Below are positions 1-10,173 of a stretch of DNA of 64,000 nt, one piece after another. The first letter of the stretch is position 1, and every line of letters begins with the position of its first letter. This DNA comes from Orbicella franksi. Its lineage: Eukaryota. The translations under genes and the position numbers were made by a program. The notes beneath the pieces are model-generated. The model was not told where the DNA came from. It ran no database searches and worked only from the letters and a program-made list of their open reading frames with translations. Where the stretch lies: contig OZ116707.1 in assembly GCA_964199315.1 (NCBI GenBank), positions 23,188,001-23,252,000 on the forward strand, in the 5' to 3' direction.

Positions 1-55
1 AATTTCTCAGCATTTTGCAGAACGGCTTATCAGTTTCGTATTTCTACTTGTAATG

Positions 56-519
56 CAGTCGAACCTCCTCGTAAGCGACCATGGTCCTTTTGCGGGAGGT
101 GGTCGCTTATTGACCATTAGACCATATTGGGTCAAAATTTTACCTCATTAGCAAATGGTAACTGCAGAGACTTAATTGCCCATGTTTTAAATGTTTTATT
201 CATGTCCAAAGTTAATTGAAAAAGAAAAAGTCCGGTACTTCCCATTTTGAAATTTTCATTTCTTCAGGAATACGATAATGTGACAACACCTTATTATCCA
301 ATTTCCGCTCTATCATCCGTCGAGTGGTTGCTTACGGGAGGTTAACAACAAAAGACATTTTCCCGGAGGGGGGGGGAATACTCCTATATATGGGCTATAT
401 AGGTATGTGCCGCGGGATAGGGTATGGTTTTTCAGGTTCTCGATCCTTAAATGTATGCTTTCGGTTCGACCTTGTTGAGCTGCGTCGTTGCTGTACTTTG
501 CGACGACGATTAGCCGCGG

Positions 520-577
<58 letters not shown>

Positions 578-653
578 TAGGGTAATTTGGGAAACTAGTC
601 GCTGAGGAGAGGTGGTCGCTTACGTGAGGTGGTCGCAACCGGAGGTTTGACTG
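56..653. mobile_element. MITE, probably Tc1/mariner-pogo type, with nested (TA)n
   Basis: Terminal inverted repeats CAGTCGAACCTCC (56-68) and GGAGGTTTGACTG (641-653), 1 mismatch. TA follows the right end and TG precedes the left. Internal GGTGGTCGCTTA-like repeats. Confidence 0.65.
522..573. repeat. (TA)n microsatellite
   Basis: About 26 perfect TA units. Confidence 0.98.
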
Positions 654-672
654 TATAAACACGCTTTTGTAA

Positions 673-940
673 AGGTTGGTTTTTATTAGTGGATAAGCAT
701 AAGTGACTCATTAAGACGTTAATAATTTTCACCCTTTTATACCGACAGACACTCTAAATCGATCTAGATAACTACGAAATTCTGAATTAACATATAAATA
801 CTACACGCTTTTTAATGTTTGGTTTTCACTGACTAGCGCATTCAGCTTGAGTGACGTATATTATTAGCACCCTTTTTTAGGGAAATTTAGCAATAAAAGA
901 CGATATCACTATATGCTTATGCGCTAGTGAAAATCAGCCT
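673..940. mobile_element. PIF/Harbinger-type MITE
   Basis: Imperfect TIRs AGGTTGGTTTTTATTAGTGGATAAGCATA and TATGCTTATGCGCTAGTGAAAATCAGCCT, with TAA on both flanks (670-672, 941-943) as a 3-bp TSD. Confidence 0.65.
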
Positions 941-1664
941 TAATTAACAGGCGTCTTCCTCGGTGTCGTCTTCGTACATTCGTAAGGTCCCTAATTATTT
1001 TCTCTTTCAACATCATGATTGTAATATTCACTCACAGTAGAATGAGCAGTTCATGTCGAGTGCATACTTTTACTCAAACTTGGAAAAAAAAAATTAAACG
1101 GCTATTATCAAAACTGATATCCTTGCAGAGGTTAGCTCTTATTGCGTCATTTGTTTAATTTACGCTGGAGGGAGTTGCCAGACAAACGTCTGCTTTTCAT
1201 AGAGTACAGTTTGGATCACTTTCTGTGGGGTATAGTGCTTGCATGCACAAGCTCCACTCTTTAATATTTCACCACAAATGTTGCTTAGTAACGAAAACAG
1301 GTGTGTTTGCAAAATGCCAAAGCCTAACACACAATTCGGTCTAATTTTCTTTACAAATTATTTTTAGCATATTAAAGTTGTCATTAGTGTCTGGAAGAAA
1401 AAAAAAGCTGGATATTCAAGGTCACAGCTAAACTAAAATGAAAAAACTCGTTTTTGCCGCACCAATTTAGAAAACTGAGTTTGTAATCAGCATAAAGATC
1501 AAGCTGAAGCAGAAATAAGTTGGCTAGAGTTCGGCATGGTTTAACTAACTTGCATGCAACGACCCGTTATAGTCTTCCACCTACTGAAGAGTTGAATTGG
1601 AGAGAACAGGCCTCACAAAAATAAACAACGTAATTTTCCCTCTTGCAGAGACATCCAAACTTAT

Positions 1665-2558
1665 ATGGCAGAAGACCTCACTTTTGAAGTAATTCTATGG
1701 ACGCTAGCTTTCGCTGTGGAATGCTTCGTGATCATTGTTGGAAATGTTGTCGCCATTGCTGTGTTTTGGAAACAAAGATCAAAACTCAAAAGAACTCGCT
1801 ATCTTTTGATTAACCTCTCGGCTGCTGATTTCATGGTTGGTGTTTGTGCAATTGACGATGTTGTGTGTCTTCCGCTAAACAGCCAAGGATGCAACATCAT
1901 CCAGAAAACAATTTTAGTTGACTCAAGTTTTGCGATGGCTTCGCTGATATTTCTGGTTCTCATTTCTTTAGAAAGACTCTTTGCAGTCCTTTCTCCCTTA
2001 CGACAACGTGGGACGAAAACGTCAACGTACTTCTATTTTATTTCAGCAGGGTGGGTGTTATCAGCACTGCTTTTCTTGATTATATACCCACTTTTGTTTC
2101 ACTTCTCTATCAACCTTTCAGTACAGCCTGTGTTTTTATCGCTTTTACAAATAATAGGCTTAATAATTATTTGCGTTGCATATTCAGTAATATTCATCTA
2201 TACTAAGAGAGAAGCTCCAGGGATGCAGCAGCGTCAACGTAGGCAAAGCAGGAGCCTTGCCAAAACTCTTTTCATCGTTACCAGCTTGTCAGTGATGACT
2301 TGGTTTCCCCATGCAGTTATCAATGCTTACCGCTACATAGGGTCCTACATCCTGAATGGCACCAAGAAGGGAGATTTGTATCGTACCGGGCAGATTTTTC
2401 GCTTGGCTAACTCGTTTATAAATCCGATAGTTTACTGCTTCCGAATTCCCGAGTATAGAGGTTTACTGACGAAAGCTTCCTTTAAGAAACGAGAGAATCG
2501 AATTTTCGCACTAAGAAATGTCAACGCCATCGCTGCGTCTCCTAACATGCTTCATTAA
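1665..2558 (+). CDS. Class A (rhodopsin-like) GPCR, 297 aa, single coding exon
   Basis: Seven hydrophobic segments; GN in TM1, NLSAAD in TM2, LERL (DRY equivalent), TWFP in TM6, NPIVY in TM7. Splice acceptor TTTTCCCTCTTGCAG ends at 1648. Confidence 0.93.
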   Translation: MAEDLTFEVILWTLAFAVECFVIIVGNVVAIAVFWKQRSKLKRTRYLLINLSAADFMVGVCAIDDVVCLPLNSQGCNIIQKTILVDSSFAMASLIFLVLISLERLFAVLSPLRQRGTKTSTYFYFISAGWVLSALLFLIIYPLLFHFSINLSVQPVFLSLLQIIGLIIICVAYSVIFIYTKREAPGMQQRQRRQSRSLAKTLFIVTSLSVMTWFPHAVINAYRYIGSYILNGTKKGDLYRTGQIFRLANSFINPIVYCFRIPEYRGLLTKASFKKRENRIFALRNVNAIAASPNMLH

Positions 2559-2697
2559 CATCAGAAACAAGTGCCGAAGTTATAGCATCGATAAAACACA
2601 TGTTTATGATCGTTTACTTTACAAGACTCAAGACCTTCCTTTTTACCAAATTTATTAAGAGTAACTCTTTATGATATTTTTGTTTTCTTAGATTTTG

Positions 2698-2698
2698 G

Positions 2699-2742
<44 letters not shown>

Positions 2743-2770
2743 TATTATTGCTGTTGTTGTTGTTGTTGTT
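2698..2770. repeat. Compound (ATT)n-(GTT)n microsatellite
   Basis: Direct reading. Confidence 0.95.
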
Positions 2771-2894
2771 ATAATTATATAGCAGTCAGTTAATCCAGTA
2801 TTGTCAGCACAGCTATTATCCTTTAATTTTTGAAAACTGTCCAATTTGGGAAAAAATAGGACACTTTGTCTCAGCCAATGAAATTAAGCTATTG

Positions 2895-3125
2895 ACCTTC
2901 CGAAGATTATCGAAGGCCACACGAAACCTTCCGAAGATTTCCGAAGTTCACCCGAACACTCCCGAAGATTTTCGAAGATTTCCTAAGATCACCCGAACAA
3001 TTCCAAAGACTTCCGAAGATCACCCGAAGATCACACTTCCCAGGATTTCCGAAGACTTGTGACAATCTCCGGCGATCTTCAAAGATCACCGGTTATTTTC
3101 GAAGCTTTCCCAAGTTTCGGAAGAT
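2895..3125. repeat. Degenerate tandem array of CCGAAGAT-type 9-10 bp units
   Basis: Repeated TTCCGAAGAT / CCGAAGATCAC motifs. Confidence 0.8.
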
Positions 3126-3206
3126 CGAGGGCCCAGTCTGTTTTTCTTCAGAGACAGTTACTGTAGTTTTCCTTGCAAAGCTGTATTACCTCACGAGCTA
3201 TATAAT

Positions 3207-3384
3207 TAATAAGTAAAAGGACTACATGTTTGTCCAATTGGGAAATAATTGGATTCAAAAAATTCCTCTGACAGCCAAATTAAACTTGGCCTGCGACCTC
3301 GTCCAATTTTGGCTGTCCTCGGAATTTTTCTATCCAATTATTTCCAAATTGGACAGCATGTAGTCCTATTACATATACTTATTA
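3207..3384. repeat. Long imperfect palindrome (non-autonomous element)
   Basis: AGGACTACATG..TGTCCAATT.GGAAATAATTGGAT..AAAAATTCC from 3218 is the reverse complement of ~3322-3367. Inner GACAGCCAAATT/AATTTTGGCTGTC pair; centre ~3294. Confidence 0.85.
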
Positions 3385-3516
3385 TTGTATCCGCGGGAGT
3401 ATGATTTCGTGTCATCGGTGGCGAACGGGGCCTATTTATCTAAGTAAAAGACAGGAAGGAAGCAAGCAAACGAGCAAGTAAGGAAGTTAATAATTTAGTA
3501 ATTTAGTGAAAAAATA

Positions 3517-3574
3517 AGGAATGAAGGAATGAAGGAAGGAAGGAAGGAAGGAAGGAAGGAAGGAAGGAAGGAAG
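3517..3574. repeat. (GGAA)n microsatellite
   Basis: Direct reading. Confidence 0.95.
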
Positions 3575-3648
3575 TGAGTAGATAAGCAAGTAAAGTAAGA
3601 AATTTTATTACATGTCAAATACGTCCAGCGCGATAGCCGCTAATTGGG

Positions 3649-3784
3649 NNNNNNNNNNNNNNNNNNNNNNNNNNNNNNNNNNNNNNNNNNNNNNNNNNNN
3701 NNNNNNNNNNNNNNNNNNNNNNNNNNNNNNNNNNNNNNNNNNNNNNNNNNNNNNNNNNNNNNNNNNNNNNNNNNNNNNNNNNNN
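3649..3784. other. Assembly gap (136 N)
   Basis: Run of N. Confidence 1.
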
Positions 3785-5290
3785 TGCATTAGTTACCAGG
3801 CAGTTAAAAATACTAATAAAATACTTCAACATGACTAGTATAAAAATGTTTAAAATGTGCAACAAACGAACATTAAGAATATTCTGTAACATTTATACTA
3901 GATCTGTTTACTGTAAGAGTGTATATAGCCACTGAGTTGTCGCGTAAAACACATGATTGGTATCTGCTTCGCATTCCTTATTAATACATAAATTGCTACT
4001 CACAGTGTTTGAGATTGAGGATGATTATATTGACGCCCATTCGCTAGTCTTGATATTGAATACCCATAATTATTGTATCCTGTGACTGTATTACAACTTT
4101 CCCTTTTCTTATTTCTTTTCATCATTAGTCTTACTTTTCACTAGTTCGACTCATTGTACTTGCTTATGTGTTTGATGATATAATTTTATTCTTCCTTTTT
4201 TATTGTGACTTTATGTATCATTATAAATTACAACGCATGCCTAGATTAGCCTACGCTATATACACAGGTGGTGTACGGTTGTGACTTGTAATCTAGCGTA
4301 ATGGGAATAAATAAAACTGTATAAACAACTGTCCAACGGTGGTTGACACGAAACATTAAATTTGCTACACTGATGTAAGTAGTAGCGAAATGTCACATTT
4401 TGAGACGTCGTACATATCATGAAGCACAACAAAAGCGCAAGTAAACTTTCGAGAGTGCGCATTACGGACTCAAAATCATTGTTGATAGATTTTCCCCGAG
4501 CAGGACTGAGAAGCTGTTGGTCACCCCAATATCACTTAAAAAAAAAATTAAAGATGACAATCACGGAGCTCTCAGAGCTACCAGGAAAAAATGATATCGG
4601 TGTTACAGTACCAGAGGTTCATTGTCGTCTCCGTTCTCAAATGACAGCTCCTCATGGTCAATCATTGTTCTGTTCTTTTCCGAGGATTAGTAAAGTGAGA
4701 GTTCTTAAAGAAATCATATCTTGTGTAACAGTGGCCTCCCAGAACAGCTGCCCCTGCACAACAAAAGTATACAAATTAAGTTATTCGGAGGTAGACTTAC
4801 CTAGAGTTAAAAACAAGACACTACACCTCATCGTCATGTTTACCGAAGAAACAACCACTGGTATCTCTCAACAGTGTTTAGTTGCAATCAACATAAATCT
4901 TGGCTTTTAAAACCAAATCTTTCTTTCTTAAGTTCTGGCTGAAAGTTTATTTATAAGTAGCAAAGAAATAAGGCAGGTAACTTATTTATTATTAAACAGA
5001 AGCATTATTTACATAGAGAAGATCAATGTCAGCACATATTTTTGAGCAAAATTAATTTTGAACCAAAACCCAATGCAACTGCAACTACATCAGCTTGGCA
5101 TTAAAAGAGTCTTGAATTCACACTCAATTAACTTATTCTGGACAAAATAAAGAACATATTTTTGTACTCTCGGTTCAAATAGAAATATCCTGTACACTCT
5201 CTATATATTATAAGACAGCCAAGTTGAAGTTACATCAGCAGCTGTGTTTGGAAAATGCTTAAACCGAATGGAAATAATCTCGTTATCAAT

Positions 5291-5465
5291 ATAGGTAATC
5301 GTAAGAATGCGAGTGCAATTAAGGATTAACACTATAAGTGAAATTTGAAAATTCTCCAAAAATTGCACTACCCTTAGGCAAGTGCAATTTTAAAGAATCG
5401 CAAGTAGATTTTTAATTGCAATTGCTCGAGCTTTCATACGCGCGATAACTCATTTATTACATGAC
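5291..5465. repeat. Degenerate palindromic element
   Basis: AAATTGCACT (5360-5369) and AGTGCAATTT (5381-5390) flank an 11-nt centre. Outer arms are partly complementary (GTGCAATTAAGGA vs TTTTTAATTGCAA). Confidence 0.55.
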
Positions 5466-5854
5466 CAAGAAAATTACGAACGCTCGCGCTTTAATTTCCA
5501 CAGCAGTGCAAATTAAAAACTAAAGATACATCACGGGCTGGCTCACTGACAATCACAATGAAGCAATTTTCTCAGTCGTTAATTGAAAACCCTTAGAATC
5601 TACCATTGGTGCCGGTTTGTGTTCATTTAACACACTATAGCGCAATTTCCTCAATGAGATGAGAAACTTAAAGCTTATGACTCTGGCCGCTTCGGTGAAA
5701 ACGCAGATGTACAAATCAACTAGTTTGCAGTGGTGAGCGGCTGCTAAGACTAGTTAATGTTGTGAGTGTGTTAATGAGTCACAAGTGGTGAGCATTTCTG
5801 GCGGATTTCCTAGCGATTTTCTTCAGGATTTAGCATTCACCTGAGGAGAAAAAA

Positions 5855-6723
5855 ATGGCAGAGAGCTTTACGAACACAGAGTTAATTCTCTCGAGACTGT
5901 CTTCTCTCTTGAAAGCTTAGCAATAATTGTGGGAAATACCATCAGCATCGTTGTTTTTTGGAAACAAAGATCAACGCTGAAGCGAACTAGCTATCTTTTG
6001 ATAAACCTCTCCGTCGCTGATCTGATGGTTGGTGTTGGTGTCATTAATGATATTGTGTGTCTCCCCATAAGAAATAACGTGTGTCAGATATCTGAAAAGA
6101 CAAATTTAGTAGACGCAACTTGTGGCATCGAATCACTGTCGTTTTTAGTTCTCATTGCTTTACAAAGGCTTTATGCCATCGTAAGTCCTTTACGTCACCG
6201 CACCACGAAAACATCAACCTACTTCTACTTCATTGGAGCAACCTGGATTGTTTCAGCAATGCTTATCATAACAACATATTCCATTTTTTCTTACCTTTCA
6301 CTTGACTATATACTTCAACCTGTGGTTATATCAACCTTTACAGCTACTTGCTTGATAATTATTTCTGTTGACTACTTAACAATATTCATTTATTCCACAA
6401 AAGACGATCCGAGATTAGCGATAAATCGTCGGCAACAAAACAAGAAACTGGCAAAAACTCTTTTTATTGTCACATTATTGTCAGTGATCACTTGGATTCC
6501 GCATGGAGTAACTAATGTTCTTCGCACCATGACAGGGAAAAAGGAAGGAGATGCATATTTGGCAGGACAGATTTGTCGGTTGGCGAACTCTTTGGTAAAT
6601 CCAATAATATACAGTTATCGAATGCCTGAGTTCCGGAAGACATTGAGAAATATCTTTGCTTGTAAAGGGAAAATTCGAGAAAGACAATCGCAGCTGTCAG
6701 CTAGAAAATACCAGCTGGGTTGA
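5855..6723 (+). pseudogene. Class A GPCR, paralog of 1665-2558, with a 1-nt deletion near 5894 (pseudogene, null allele or sequencing error)
   Basis: ATG 5855 (MAESFTNTELIL) aligns with MAEDLTFEVILW but reaches TAG at 5918-5920. The -1 frame from 5896 (TVFSLESLAIIVGN...) runs open to 6723 with NLSVAD, LQRL, TWIP and NPIIY. Confidence 0.85.
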
Positions 6724-7214
6724 AGCTCCTCCCGTCTTGCTGTCGTTTAGCCGATTGGAAGTCAGCGACCTCAGTCCGTCAGGATCAACGACTGGAGGTA
6801 AAAATACCACTGGGCAACATTACTAGTAAGCAGTTAATTCGAACAATAATTGCTCATTTCCGTGCTGCCTTTGGCAATTTGTGAAAACGAGTCATTTTGC
6901 AAAATGAGTTTCAAATGCACGTTCATTGTCGTGAGAGAAATTCATTTTTCATCTGACGTTTTGCACGAGAACTTTATTAAGAACAGAGGTAAAAGGCTTC
7001 TTATACAGAGCTCTTTCGTGAAACTTGCCTCAAGCGCAAATATGGTAACAGTAGTGCAGCAGTGCCAAGGGTGGAAGCAGTTCCGAGGCGGCAAAAAACA
7101 TAAAGTGTAAAGGTATAGGTCATCAGTGGCATGCATCCCTGTAACTGTCTATTAACCAAAAAAAAAAAAAAAAAAAAACCGGTGGAATGTGTCAGGTGGA
7201 ATGAACGATTGTTT

Positions 7215-7578
7215 CGCCACAGGGGGTCCATACAAGCGGCATGTCTGTTGGTATGTTCGAAATATAAAGAAATGTATGGGAATATTAAAGAATCTTAACC
7301 ATCGTAAACTGATATCAAGTAATGTCCATGTTAAAGCTCGAAATAACGTGTAGTAACAGTCAACGCAAAACCCACCAAATCGCTCAAATTCGCCATTTTG
7401 AGCCGCAGAAATGACAATACACAACAACTGATGTAGATTTACGTTTATTTTGAGCTTTAACATGGACATTATTCGACATCAGTTTACGATATTAAGACTC
7501 TTTAATATTCCCATACATTTCTTTATACTTCGAACATACAAAGAGGCACGCCGCTTGTTTGGGCTGCCTGTGGTTTCG
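7215..7578. repeat. ~365-bp imperfect palindrome
   Basis: 7215-7316 is the reverse complement of 7475-7578, and AATGTCCATGTTAAAGCTCGAAATAACGT (from 7321) pairs with ~7441-7470. Both pairs share an axis at ~7395. Confidence 0.9.
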
Positions 7579-8060
7579 CAGTCTTGCATTGGAAGTTACG
7601 TAGCAATAAAGGATTACATTAGCCAGGAAACTCACCCAAATGCCTCATAATTTCTGTTAGGGCGGGTGCCTAATCAAGCCAAGCACCCACCATGAAGAAA
7701 GGACATTTTAAAATACTTAGGCAAATTTGACATGTTTAACTCTTGTTAAGAATTTAAAATCGAGGAATCCGAAAAGGTACCGAGGCTAGAAACCTCACCG
7801 AGGTTTCTCCAACCATTTAAGGCGTTTCTTGATTCTGCTCTTTGAGTGAGTGACAGAATATCCCCACATAATCTGTATTTTATTAAGGTCCGTTCTTAAA
7901 AGCATATCATTTACATCTTCTGAAGAAGTTTACAGAATTTAAATCGAAACGTCCCATGGTTTTTAATTTTTCTTATTAGCCCGTGGCGCCATTTTCTTTT
8001 TCTTAGTCTCAGTTCAATACCACTGATCATGCCTGACTAAACTATGGTATTTTGGAGAAA

Positions 8061-8597
8061 TTAATTAATGGCCTCAATTTCCGAGGTAGAGTGCATTTCA
8101 GTTTCAACTATTATTTTTCTTTAACGAACCTGTTCTCTTGTTTGAGTAGCCTATGAACCTACCATTTCTTTAATTCCTGCTTTCAAACTATCTTTAATCG
8201 ATGGCAGTAGAAAGCGGTAAATAACCGGATTGACCAATGACTGTACAGCAAACAGGAGCATTACTTCTCTGATGGCTGTAACCTGTAGCTGGTAGCAATT
8301 TTTGCAGACCCGAGCAATGGACACATACAATATCGAAATGCCCCACGTGATTAAGAAGGCCCCTCCAACAAATAAGAGGGTCACAGCCAGGGCTTTATCC
8401 TGTTTTGCTGAGGCAGCAAGTCTGTGTTGTCTTCTTCGTCGAACTGTTATCCAGATGCACACGTAACATGTAATTGCAGTGAAAATTATCCCGGCGATGA
8501 CGACTGGTAATAAAAGGGGAGCAAAGTTTCCGATCTGCCAAAATCCATTCCATTGTAACGTTGCAGCTGCCGTCACCAGAGTTGACAGAATCCAAAT
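8061..8597 (-). pseudogene. 5'-truncated GPCR pseudogene (TM4 to C-terminus), close paralog of 16266-17204
   Basis: Near-colinear DNA match to 16266-16800. Premature TAG at 8151-8153 (TCG in paralog) and TAA at 8121-8123 (CAA in paralog). Homology stops abruptly at ~8597. Confidence 0.9.
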
Positions 8598-8734
8598 TTT
8601 GTTGCTGCAAATATAAGTCTAGTCGTGCGTAATTGTAACCATGATCTCTAGTCAAAAATGGCACATTGCTCCCCTGAACTGTCAGAGAGTGATCTAAATA
8701 AGACAACAAATTTGTGATCGAATAAAATAGCATT

Positions 8735-8850
8735 TATTGAACTCGGTTATCGCAAAATATCGTCATTTGTCAGTGTCTCGCAGATCAATTATTTGCCTCG
8801 GCCTTCATTTTCGGCAAATAATTGATCTGCTTTCCAGCAAATCACGATAT
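8735..8850. repeat. Palindromic non-autonomous element at the truncation junction
   Basis: Perfect 18-bp IR GCAGATCAATTATTTGCC (8780-8797) / GGCAAATAATTGATCTGC (8813-8830), plus an outer pair ATATCGTCATTTG / CAAATCACGATAT. Confidence 0.8.
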
Positions 8851-9279
8851 ATTTGTAAATCATTTGTACTCATGGTTACAAAAAACGTACATTTTATAGA
8901 CAGAAAAGAATAAATAAATACACGATAAGTTTTCAGTTCATGCATTTGTTATCCTTTAAGTCTAGTTTTGTTTATTAATTAATCAAACGAATTGTATTTA
9001 GTAAGTAGAATAACTTTAGGTTATTTTTTTTATTTTTTTTATTTTTTTTTATGTCAACTCTAATCAAATATACTGTTATTGTATTGCAAGTTACCTTTCG
9101 GTTCAGCTAGCTTGTCTTCATTTACTAGCTGTCTTGATCCTGATGTAGAGGAGCATCTGATACCATTGCCAGTACCATGTTGTTTCCACGTGTATCTTAG
9201 TCGATTAGCGATCGAGATTAAAAGCAACAGGAAGTTCCCTGTTTGGCGAATAGTTAACCCACTAATTATACTCAAGTCT

Positions 9280-10173
9280 TTAGTGAAGCACTGGCCATTT
9301 CAGTTTCTGTTGTCGTTTGTCTTTTCCTGGATAGCTTCTTGACTCACGAGTCCCCGAATCTCGTAGTGACCTTACTCTCAAGCTAGCTCTAAACGCGCGC
9401 AGTGCCGAGGAATAAATAACTGGGTTGATCAGCGATTGAAGGGTTTATACGAGCTGCGACGGTAAATCTGAGAACTGTCGGAGATTGCTTGTAACAATGT
9501 TTGCATGCATATCTCCATTTGATAATATATAGATAAAACGCGAGAATAGCCCAGCTAAAGACGAAAAACCTGTTACCATAAGCAGAGTAACTGCTAAGGT
9601 ACTATCCTGCCTGACTGCAGCAATTCCCAGTTGACGTCGCTTTCTCCCTCGAAATGATATCTACAAACAACTATCGTGAAGGTCGCTCATGTGATCACCA
9701 TTGACGTTAAAAGGCAATGAAATAAAGGTTCGTCTATCGCCAGAATTGTTGTTTAAGCAGCCGATAAAATCCAAATAACGACAAGGGCTATTTTGTAGAC
9801 TTTGTCCATACCTTGGTGTCGTATATTGGCCAGATAACTGCGTGCATTCGTTCCAAGGCAATGACAACAAGAGTAATAAGAGAGCCTGATTTCGAAAAAG
9901 TAGTCAAAATATGGCCCGTTAAGTAAGGTATAAAGGAGTTTTAAGTATGTAGATCAACAAAAATGGTAAGAAAGCTCCAAACAAAAGGTCTGCGACAACA
10001 AAATTGATAACCATCACGTGCTTTCGAGTTCTGAGTGACCTGGTCTTGATGAAGATACACAATGCTAAGGCGTTTAAGACAATGACCTTAATCCCCAACC
10101 CAGCATAGACTATACTTCAAGAAATAAAATCAGAATCTGTTTGTTCTGTGTTTATGGTATTACAATTCTTCAT
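9280..10173 (-). pseudogene. Full-length decayed class A GPCR pseudogene
   Basis: Manual translation across several stops and frameshifts: MKNCNT..., LRTRKHVMVINFVVADLL, SKSGSLITLVVIALERMHAVIWPIRH, LAVTLLMV, CKHC, QSLINPVIY. Confidence 0.88.

Noticed and set aside
3608-3935. ORFs spanning the N gap or microsatellites (also 324-605, 2614-2844, 12855-13244)
   Set aside because: Artefacts of the gap or of simple repeats.
4419-4910. 163-aa plus-strand ORF
   Set aside because: No recognisable domain or splice context; crosses an A-run; no support as a gene.
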